Part shown: piece after piece, positions 50,365-57,868 of the stretch
How the letters are laid out: each line of letters begins with the position of its first letter
Position numbering within the stretch: position 1 is the stretch's first letter
IMG/VR virus record: IMGVR_UViG_3300045988_045053
Location: 87,161 to 151,160 of that record
From: a virus
DNA: 64,000 nucleotides
Strand: one strand, 5' to 3'
The notes under the pieces: generated by a model
Told to the model about the DNA's origin: nothing
Databases searched by the model: none
Seen by the model: only the letters and a program-made list of their open reading frames with translations
Translations under genes and position numbers: made by a program

Positions 50365-51822
50365 TTATTTGTTGTCTTTCTTCTCCGTAGAATAGTCCTT
50401 ACGGTCGAGTTCCCACTGATACTCACACATCTGAGTAATTGCTTCAAGCTTCTCTGTACCCAGAACGAGTTTGAGAGCATTTACCAATCTTTCAGCCGGA
50501 GTTTCCACAACAGCTTTCTTGGATGCAAGTCCAAGTTGACGTTGATAAGATTCAACGCTAGCTTTGATATGGAACGATGTTACATGGGTTTCTTCTGTAA
50601 AGATAAGTTTGGATTTGGTTGATTCAACGATTTCAGCCATAAATGCCGGAGCAATTTCAGCTTCTTGAATATAGTTACATACTTCACTCAAATCATCGTC
50701 GATTGTATATCCTTCTTCAGCGGTGAAAGTAGAACGGATGAATTTCTCCGCAGTTTCAGCGTCCAGACAGTCCATAGTAATCACAGAGCCGATTCTCTTA
50801 CCTCTCAAGAAGGTAGGTTCAATCAATTCAATGTGATTAGTAGTGAACAAGGTGATTACGTTCATGTCTTTGGTATCACCACCGTCCAGAGTATTCAGGA
50901 TGTCTTGCATAGCAGCATCTCTGTTACCTCTAGTTACTTGGTCAATATCTTCAACAAATACGACAACACCATGGCCCGAACGGTCAACAACTTTACACAT
51001 GCGCAGAGTTTCTGCAAGAAGAGAAGGATTCTTCAAATACACGAATGACCAGCCGTTTGTCACAGCATCTTTAGCCAGCTTAAATGCCAGCAAGGTCTTA
51101 CCTGTACCATATTTACCTTCCAGCAAACAACCGTACTTCAATGGAATACCTTTAGCCAGACATTTCTCCGGATACAAGATTCTTGAACGTAGCGGTTGCA
51201 ATTCAAATTCAGTCTTCTTAGAAAGAACCATGAATTGTTTCTCAATGCCGGCAAGTGTCATGATAGTAGGTTCAGACAGATTGCTGATTTCCAGTGCTTG
51301 ATTCTTGTAGATAGACTCCGATGCTAACAGCTCTTTAGTTCTGTCAACAATATCATCAATCAATGACTGATATTTGAACTGGCATTGTCCCTTAATAAGG
51401 AGCAAATGACGGTCATTGTCATAGTTGATGTTGATTTCAGAATCTTCTCCCAATTCTTCAAGGCTGATTTTACCAAACGGAACCTTGGTACGAGAACCGT
51501 CTGCCAGAACAACGTCTACGGTATCAATATTGCTGTTTCCAGAAGGACTGTTATCCTCCTTACTAACGGCAGAACCGAAGATTTCATTGATTGCTCTGTT
51601 CAACTGATATACACCGTCCGGTTTCCAACAAAGCAGCGAGTATTTGAAACTTGCCATTTTCTTGGACTGTTTGATTTCACCTTCGATGAATCCCAGAGCA
51701 TCAGCATACTTCACGTTGCTTTGGAGCACTTCAATCATTCTCTGTTTCTGAGTTTCCTCGTACTTGTTAACTCTCTGCTTAATAGCAGCTGTAGTTCCTT
51801 GCGGAATAATGTTCTTTGCCAT
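50365..51822 (-). CDS. AAA+ ATPase
   Basis: Walker A GKYGTGKTLLA, Walker B VVFVEDID, sensor TNH; N-terminal ~200-aa domain unassigned. Confidence 0.7.
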   Translation of the reverse strand: MAKNIIPQGTTAAIKQRVNKYEETQKQRMIEVLQSNVKYADALGFIEGEIKQSKKMASFKYSLLCWKPDGVYQLNRAINEIFGSAVSKEDNSPSGNSNIDTVDVVLADGSRTKVPFGKISLEELGEDSEININYDNDRHLLLIKGQCQFKYQSLIDDIVDRTKELLASESIYKNQALEISNLSEPTIMTLAGIEKQFMVLSKKTEFELQPLRSRILYPEKCLAKGIPLKYGCLLEGKYGTGKTLLAFKLAKDAVTNGWSFVYLKNPSLLAETLRMCKVVDRSGHGVVVFVEDIDQVTRGNRDAAMQDILNTLDGGDTKDMNVITLFTTNHIELIEPTFLRGKRIGSVITMDCLDAETAEKFIRSTFTAEEGYTIDDDLSEVCNYIQEAEIAPAFMAEIVESTKSKLIFTEETHVTSFHIKASVESYQRQLGLASKKAVVETPAERLVNALKLVLGTEKLEAITQMCEYQWELDRKDYSTEKKDNK

Positions 51823-51825
51823 TAC

Positions 51826-52098
51826 TTAATTAGGTTTATTAATCTTATTTACTTCTTTAATGATTGCCTCACAATTCTCTCTTGTTGTAGTTAAACAACC
51901 AAGTTGAATAATAGAACCGTCTTGAGTGATAGTCAGGTTCTTCTCTTCGATTGTTTCCCTACATAGACCTCCTCTGATAATTCTTTTAATGAGTGGAAAG
52001 GGTAATATAGTATTCTTACAGAATATCATATTCTTGCCTTCCACATAAATGACATCGTAGCCGTCAATGCTACCTACTACCTTACTCATTCGATTCAA
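51826..52098 (-). CDS. hypothetical protein
   Basis: 90-aa ORF. Confidence 0.35.
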   Translation of the reverse strand: MNRMSKVVGSIDGYDVIYVEGKNMIFCKNTILPFPLIKRIIRGGLCRETIEEKNLTITQDGSIIQLGCLTTTRENCEAIIKEVNKINKPN

Positions 52099-52687
52099 CT
52101 ATTAACTGTGTGGGCCCGGCCGGACTTGAACCGACAACCTCCTGATTTGAATCTTTGGCTCGTATTCTTTGTATCACTCTCCTAGAAATGCCATAATGCG
52201 ATGCAACTTTCTCCCATGTCCCTAGTAGTTTATATTGCTCTTCTACTTCGGACTTAGTGGGATAGTGTTTATTGGTTTCCCTACATTCCTTAGAACAGAA
52301 TGTCTTACCAGTAACTTTTGGAAATCGTTTACCACATACAGGGCAGACACTGCCAAATTCAGAACTAAACGAGTTTTTATCACAAGAACTTGTTAAAATA
52401 GTTACATTTGACATGTCATAATCAGGGTAGTGATGCTCCCTATGACAATTAGCACAGAGTAATTCACATTTATCTAATTCATCTTTTAATTTATCTAAAC
52501 TAGTATTTGAGAATACTCTCATATCTATCTGAAACTCTTTAGTAAGAGGATTACGATGATGAAAGTCAAGAGCTGCTAAATTAGCAGAATAGCCACATCG
52601 TTCGCACTTACCACCACGTGCTTGAACGGCTTCATACTTCCGTTTCATTCCGCGTAGTTTTTGTTGTGGATAGTTATTATTGTTCAT
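52082..52687 (-). CDS. HNH endonuclease (inside the tRNA-interrupting insertion)
   Basis: CERCGYS..LDFHHRNP..CANCHREHH. The C-terminal ~35 aa (QEVVGSSPAGPTQ...) are a read-through of the tRNA 3' exon. Confidence 0.7.
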   Translation of the reverse strand: MNNNNYPQQKLRGMKRKYEAVQARGGKCERCGYSANLAALDFHHRNPLTKEFQIDMRVFSNTSLDKLKDELDKCELLCANCHREHHYPDYDMSNVTILTSSCDKNSFSSEFGSVCPVCGKRFPKVTGKTFCSKECRETNKHYPTKSEVEEQYKLLGTWEKVASHYGISRRVIQRIRAKDSNQEVVGSSPAGPTQLIVESNE

Positions 52688-52815
52688 AGAGTGGGGACGG
52701 TGGGGATTGAACCCACATGTAACCTATTACCCTTTCAACAGCGTATAAGGCAGAGGGGATACGTCCCTATAAACAAATATTCATCAGTTTCTCTAACCGA
52801 TTGAGATACGGGCCC
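52111..52815 (-). tRNA. split tRNA, anticodon UCA (would read UGA): exons 52783..52815 and 52111..52151, ~633-nt insertion
   Basis: 5' exon GGGCCCG TA TCTC AATCGGTTA GAGA A ACTGA T. 3' exon TTCAAA TCAGG AGGTT GTCGG TTCAAGT CCGGC CGGGCCC A. The acceptor halves GGGCCCG/CGGGCCC are perfectly complementary. The anticodon arm ACTGA/TCAGG gives loop xTTCAAA, anticodon TCA. The alternative stem CTGAT/ATCAG would instead give a TTC (Glu) anticodon but needs a non-standard position-26 insertion and a 6-nt variable loop. Confidence 0.55.
52690..52767 (-). ncRNA. tRNA-like element inside the insertion (acceptor + T arm, no canonical D or anticodon arms)
   Basis: AGGGACG ... GTGGG TTCAATC CCCAC CGTCCCC A; the interior (TCCCCTCTGCC...AGGGTAATAGG) does not fold as a D or anticodon arm. 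Confidence 0.35.
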
Positions 52816-52911
52816 CGAACGCCCATGTTTACTCACAATTAACAGTTCTCAAAGAGTAGTGTTGTTAGTGACTTCATGATAAATTCTATTTTAAACTGAA
52901 ATAATTAGTAG

Positions 52912-52982
52912 TTGGGCTACCAGGATTCGAACTTGGACAAACAGAACCAAAACCTGTTGTGCTACCATTACACCATAGCCCA
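52912..52982 (-). tRNA. tRNA-Gln(TTG)
   Basis: U1:A72 acceptor TGGGCTA/TAGCCCA as in bacterial tRNA-Gln, GTGT AATGGTA GCAC, ACAGG TTTTGGT TCTGT, T arm CCAAG TTCGAAT CCTGG (one mismatch). Confidence 0.7.
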
Positions 52983-53003
52983 GTAAAAGGAGTCCGAAGA
53001 CTC

Positions 53004-54071
53004 CTAAACTAACTTATCGAATATCATGGGTTGTATTGACATCCATAAATTCGCTAGCATTTCTTGCTCTGCGTCAGATGCTTCATCCCAATGTGATACG
53101 TACAATTTCTCCGTTCGTTCATTCCTATAAGGAACTTTAAATGAACGGTTAATGCGTACACTGTGTGCGAATAGGTCTTTGTCGAAATCAATAGCCCTAA
53201 GCGTCTTCTGGAAATCGTTGAACTTATTATTAGGGTCATCGACATCCCTAACAGACATTCCAGAAGGAAATGGGCCGTTACCATGCCTTGTTATATAAGG
53301 ACGAGTTACATAACAAGTTTGGATTTCTTTACGTATACCTGCTTTCCGCAACAGCTCGTAAGCGTTTTGTGAAGTTGTATTAGACGGAGTACAATAAGGC
53401 ATTATGCCGAATCTTTGGTCAAGCAATATTCCCTGTGAACCTTCAAACACTAGGTTATCATAATTCAACAAGCAATCTTCATTAACCGTACCTGTATGTA
53501 AGAAATAAGCATGTGCTAACCTACACCAGTTGTCTAGGTCTATCGAAGGATATTTACTAGACATGTTGTAATAGTTATCCACTATGGCATTTAGTTTCTC
53601 ACGTAGTATGTAAGGATTCATACAATCTACAACTGTTAAGCTGTATCCTGCCTTAACTCGGTCCAAACAAGCTTTAAACCCTGTACCTACAGTACCATGT
53701 CGTAAGTTCTCTTCGTTATTAACTTGGGAATAGACATCGAAGGGAATTACAACTTGGCAGTGAGGGTGATACTGAACAATGGGATGAACTCCCATTTTAG
53801 CTAAGTCTGCACCCTCTAACATAGAGGTAATTGGGTCTACAGTACAGTATTCGGACCAATACGTCGGCACTCCAAGTAAGGTTCCGCTGCCAAAGTTACT
53901 AAAGGTGTGCATCATGTCTCCATGCTTTACAGTATGTCCTACTTGATGTCCACCACTAAACCTGACTACTAATACAGACTCTCGCTTACCTATGTACTTG
54001 TTACATAAGTTGTGAACTGTCTGTCCCTTACCTTCGTCTCCAAAGAATGTTCCTAATACAATACTAATCAT
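53004..54071 (-). CDS. adenylosuccinate synthetase (PurA) family enzyme, C-terminally shortened; PurZ-like candidate
   Basis: P-loop GTFFGDEGKGQ, catalytic GGHQVGHTV, GTVGTGFKA, FEGSQGILLD, TRHGNGPFPS. 355 aa versus ~430 aa for cellular PurA. Lacks the C-terminal ...TTGRRRR..GWLD segment. Confidence 0.6.
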   Translation of the reverse strand: MISIVLGTFFGDEGKGQTVHNLCNKYIGKRESVLVVRFSGGHQVGHTVKHGDMMHTFSNFGSGTLLGVPTYWSEYCTVDPITSMLEGADLAKMGVHPIVQYHPHCQVVIPFDVYSQVNNEENLRHGTVGTGFKACLDRVKAGYSLTVVDCMNPYILREKLNAIVDNYYNMSSKYPSIDLDNWCRLAHAYFLHTGTVNEDCLLNYDNLVFEGSQGILLDQRFGIMPYCTPSNTTSQNAYELLRKAGIRKEIQTCYVTRPYITRHGNGPFPSGMSVRDVDDPNNKFNDFQKTLRAIDFDKDLFAHSVRINRSFKVPYRNERTEKLYVSHWDEASDAEQEMLANLWMSIQPMIFDKLV

Positions 54072-54077
54072 TTCAGT

Positions 54078-55010
54078 TTAATAAAATTTGTCATTACTAT
54101 CAGACGGCACATCTTGCCATTCTTGACTAACAGAAGCACTAGGAGCTAAACCTTCAGCAGGCTCCTCATAGTTCTCTTTAATTGCGGTGACAATCACCTT
54201 GTCTACTTCTCCAGATGCACATGTTAATACATTCTGTCCAAGTAAAGTCTTCCAAGATTCAGCAACCCTTGAGCCATGACTGGCATTAGTAATGTGAATG
54301 TGGAATACATGGTACTGTTCCTTTGCTTTGTCAAGAGCTTCTTGACAAGTAATGGTTTTAGCACCTTTTTGATACCCTAGAACACGTTCTAAGTAACACC
54401 CCTCTACCTTATCGAGATTTGGTTCATCTCCAATAGTAAATAGGAATCCCTTAGTGTGTCTTTCAAACCAGGAATCAGTTTCGGTATGATAACCTGCCAC
54501 AATATGAGCTAGTAGATAGCTTTCGCCTCTATTACCTCCTCCTCCACCTTCAATCACGAACGATTGTAAAGTGTCAAGAATTTTAGCTGTATCAGACTCA
54601 AACTGCCCAATTTGAATTGGATATCGGTCATAAACGTGGTCCCCAACTGCCATAAACATGATTTGTGGGTCACACACACCTAGTTGAATGAGAGAGTCCA
54701 TAATCTTAGGGAATTGGTCTCTAATCATTTCATAAGGTGTGTCCATCATTGAACCAGTAACGTCTAGCGCAATGATTATCGGAGTAGAGAAAGGATGTTC
54801 TTTAGAATCACGAGATTCACGAACACCCACGTTAACCATTTCTTGCCTTATCTGCGTGTTATACTGCCTAACATTGTTGTTAAGCGATGCAGCAGTATTA
54901 CATGCATTAATGGCATGGCTACTAAAGAGTTCATCCCTAGTAGAAGTGTACAAACCTCTACTGCTGGCCTCTACATCATAAGCCATTCTAGAATAACTAC
55001 CTGCTCCCAT
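54078..55010 (-). CDS. von Willebrand factor A (vWA) domain protein
   Basis: MIDAS-like IIIALDVTGSMMD. Confidence 0.55.
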   Translation of the reverse strand: MGAGSYSRMAYDVEASSRGLYTSTRDELFSSHAINACNTAASLNNNVRQYNTQIRQEMVNVGVRESRDSKEHPFSTPIIIALDVTGSMMDTPYEMIRDQFPKIMDSLIQLGVCDPQIMFMAVGDHVYDRYPIQIGQFESDTAKILDTLQSFVIEGGGGGNRGESYLLAHIVAGYHTETDSWFERHTKGFLFTIGDEPNLDKVEGCYLERVLGYQKGAKTITCQEALDKAKEQYHVFHIHITNASHGSRVAESWKTLLGQNVLTCASGEVDKVIVTAIKENYEEPAEGLAPSASVSQEWQDVPSDSNDKFY

Positions 55011-55013
55011 AAA

Positions 55014-55394
55014 TTACTCATTTACAGTTGCAGCAGCGTCATCTTTCACGTCATCCAAATTAATGGATTCTGATGCATCAGCGGGAAATTCTTCTGCATC
55101 GACTTGCATAGCCAGAGCAAGCTCAATCTTTGCAACACGTAGTTTACGTGCCAATTCATGTCTTGTTCTTACCCATTCAGCCGGATTCAGTCCTTCTCCC
55201 GGATTCAAAGAGTCTCTTGATTTAACAGCTAGGTCATTGTGTTTGTTGATTTCTCCCTGAATGCGAAGTACTTTCAACTTACAATCCTGAACAAATCTGT
55301 CTTCCTCGATTTTAGCCAATTCATACAGATTCTGCGCTCTTGCATCAAGTACACTTTGTCCACTCTTACTTAATTTCTCTTTAAAACTGCTCAT
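55014..55394 (-). CDS. hypothetical coiled-coil protein
   Basis: 126-aa ORF. Confidence 0.4.
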   Translation of the reverse strand: MSSFKEKLSKSGQSVLDARAQNLYELAKIEEDRFVQDCKLKVLRIQGEINKHNDLAVKSRDSLNPGEGLNPAEWVRTRHELARKLRVAKIELALAMQVDAEEFPADASESINLDDVKDDAAATVNE

Positions 55395-55480
55395 TTACAC
55401 TTACATTTAACATGTTAAATTCAATAAGCATCTCTGTGTGGTAATTTATAATCTAACTGTAATCATCTAGGATTACAATC

Positions 55481-55563
55481 GAGCCGACTGTCAGATTCGA
55501 ACTGACGTGGAGTTTCCTCTCGTGATTACAAGTCACGTGCAATCAACCACTATGCGAAGTCGG
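55481..55563 (-). tRNA. tRNA, type II-like with anticodon TGT (long variable arm; isotype uncertain)
   Basis: GCCGACT..GCA TAGTGGTTGAT TGC..CGTGA CTTGTAA TCACG..14-nt variable arm (GGA AAC TCC)..GTCAG TTCGAAT CTGAC..AGTCGGC T. A UGU anticodon with a long variable arm is atypical. Confidence 0.55.
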
Positions 55564-55621
55564 CATAAACAGGAGACGATGTTACTAAGTGTGCTGACAT
55601 CTCCTTCGTAAATCAAAGAAA

Positions 55622-55693
55622 GCGGTGCATACGGGATTCAAACCCGTGGTCTCCTCATAGACAGTGAGGCATCCTATCACTGAACGAATGCAC
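55622..55693 (-). tRNA. tRNA-Asp(GTC)
   Basis: GGTGCAT..GTTC AGTGATA GGAT (2 G-U)..CCTCA CTGTCTA TGAGG..ACGGG TTTGAAT CCCGT..ATGCACC G. Confidence 0.75.
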
Positions 55694-55988
55694 CATGAAG
55701 CTTGCTTAACCTACCCTCTAAACCTATGCTTGGACTTGCAGTCAGTTATTCAGATATTGTCCCTTCCCGCTAGCTGAGTCATTCTCTTACTGTAACCGTG
55801 TGTCCAACTCACAATTACTATTCAGATGTGCCAAATGGGACATGGCAATTCATAGAAAGTGGGTGCTAGCCGTTTCTATCCCACCATTGCGTACTACAGT
55901 GCTAGCTACCGTCTAAGCTTCCATCCCTTACGTTGCCTTAGAGTGTACATGATTATTATTGCCTAACCAGTTACCTGATTGGAAGGAT

Positions 55989-56061
55989 TATGTACGAGGT
56001 ACAGCTAACGGGACTCGAACCCGTATTTTATGCTTGAGAGGCATATTACCTAACCAGTTAG
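55989..56061 (-). tRNA. tRNA-Glu(CTC)
   Basis: ACAGCTA..TACT AACTGGTTA GGTA..TATGC CTCTCAA GCATA..ACGGG TTCGAGT CCCGT..TAGCTGT A. Confidence 0.7.
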
Positions 56062-56355
56062 TAGATAGCTGTGTGTTAAATAGTCGTGAGTAGTTAATTG
56101 CAACTATGACAAAATTAAGATTAAAGTCAAAGACCAGCCTATTGCTATCTAGGGCAAAGTCAAAGGAATTTTGTAACTTCGCAATAGACTGACAGGGTTT
56201 GAATTAATAATACTTAATTATGCTGGAAATCGTCCCTGTATGAAATACAGAACACGATTAATTTGTCGACAATGCATCGACTAGAGTCTTTGATGCAATT
56301 CATACTACTCACGCAAAGCTATGTTAGAATCCAATGAGATTCAAGACTATAGCAC

Positions 56356-57249
56356 CTATTTATCTGGATTGGAAATCTTAGTTAGCAATTCATAAGTTGC
56401 TTGTAACTCATTAGGAATTACTATCTTAAGTTCCAATAGTTTCTTACGTTCTTCAACTTTCCAAGTTTCACATTGTTGAGACAGGGTTTTGGCATCCAAA
56501 TTGAATCTATCAACAGCTTGTTTATAAGCCTGATTGACTTCATATTCAGAATCCTTTACCATTTTATCAATCTTAAACTTAATCTTATTAAGTCTGGCTG
56601 ATATGTCTCTGTGTTTCTGCTGTAATGCAAAGAATGTATTCTCTACCTTATCGCTACTAACAGACGGGTCATACGAGTACACGATTGTGTCAGTACCAGA
56701 ACCTTCAACTTTAGTAGGATTAGTATAGGCATCCATTAAAGCTCTACGGGCATTTGCAAACGGACGCATCGGATGAATATACTTACCAATAGCAGATGCT
56801 TCTGCTTCTAGTCTGTAATATTCCATACGTTCTGCAATGCTCAATGAAGCAATTGCTTCCTCTTCGGTAAGGATATGACCCTTAATCGGGGTGTCCAACT
56901 TGAATCCAGCTACGTCTGTAGCATATAAATCCCATGTGTACCTGTTAATAATTTCAAGTTCTTCTTCTCTAGCCTTAATAGCTTCACGAATCCATGCACA
57001 GAAGGCATTCATATTAGCAACTTCTTGAAGTAATGTGGGCACATTATCAAGATATGCCTCATTTCTACCTGTCTTCACAGTCCTAGAGTTACCTCCACTT
57101 AGCAAGCTAATATTGACATTCACAAACCCTACAGAATCTAAAGCTTGTCTATTAGATTCTACTGTTTCCTTAGCTATATTAGCCAGGTGATTGGCAGAAG
57201 TTTGGGTTAATCCCTTCTCGCCAAAGAATACTTTGTTACATTCTTTCAT
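56356..57249 (-). CDS. hypothetical protein
   Basis: 297-aa ORF. Confidence 0.45.
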   Translation of the reverse strand: MKECNKVFFGEKGLTQTSANHLANIAKETVESNRQALDSVGFVNVNISLLSGGNSRTVKTGRNEAYLDNVPTLLQEVANMNAFCAWIREAIKAREEELEIINRYTWDLYATDVAGFKLDTPIKGHILTEEEAIASLSIAERMEYYRLEAEASAIGKYIHPMRPFANARRALMDAYTNPTKVEGSGTDTIVYSYDPSVSSDKVENTFFALQQKHRDISARLNKIKFKIDKMVKDSEYEVNQAYKQAVDRFNLDAKTLSQQCETWKVEERKKLLELKIVIPNELQATYELLTKISNPDK

Positions 57250-57280
57250 AAGCTGTAATTATTAATTCATTACTAATGCA

Positions 57281-57346
57281 CTGGATAGGGGATTCGAACC
57301 CCCGCATAGAAAGTGCGTCGACCTAAACCACTAGTCGAATCCAGTA
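57281..57346 (-). tRNA. short tRNA-like gene (~66 nt; no room for a variable loop; loop CTTTCTA)
   Basis: Acceptor ACTGGAT/ATCCAG(G), D arm GACT AGTGGTTTA GGTC, anticodon arm ACGCA CTTTCTA TGCG(G), T arm GGGG(G) TTCGAAT CCCC(T). The arms abut with no variable region. Probable degenerate or non-canonical tRNA. Confidence 0.35.
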
Positions 57347-57353
57347 TACCTTA

Positions 57354-57641
57354 TTAAGCTTTCCAGAATACAAACTTATTGCCTTCTGGACATCTTACAT
57401 ACTTCACATCAAAACCATTCTCTCGATATAGAGGTTCTACATCTAACCAATGGTTCTTAATTACTTCTTCTTCAGTTAAACCTTCAGATGCTACATAGGC
57501 TATTACATCTGATTGCTTAAATTCAGAAGCTTTACCACTCCAGTTCTTAACTATTAAAGTATTAAAAGCTAAGATAACTGCATCAGGAATAGATTTTAAA
57601 TCTATACTCCTCAATTCTCTTGAATTTAATACCTTCACCAT
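57354..57641 (-). CDS. hypothetical protein
   Basis: 95-aa ORF. Confidence 0.4.
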   Translation of the reverse strand: MVKVLNSRELRSIDLKSIPDAVILAFNTLIVKNWSGKASEFKQSDVIAYVASEGLTEEEVIKNHWLDVEPLYRENGFDVKYVRCPEGNKFVFWKA

Positions 57642-57693
57642 AATTCTAATAATTAGGTTAATAATGATTTTCGCAAACTCTTATTAGCCAGCG

Positions 57694-57781
57694 CGGAGAG
57701 TGCTGGATTCGAACCAGCGGAACCCTTTTGAGGTTCGGTCCCTTAGCGGGGGACTGGTTTAAGCCACTCACCCAACTCTTC
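57694..57781 (-). tRNA. tRNA-Ser(GCT)
   Basis: Type II: GAAGAGT..GGT GAGTGGCTTAA ACC..GTCCC CCGCTAA GGGAC..variable GAACC TCAAAA GGTTC..GCTGG TTCGAAT CCAGC..ACTCTCC G. Confidence 0.75.
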
Positions 57782-57868
57782 AATCCACAGAAGACTTATT
57801 TATGCTATATCAATCGCTTATGATTACCTTAGTGCTGTAAGTCTTCTTAGAAATTCACTGTAAAAGGA

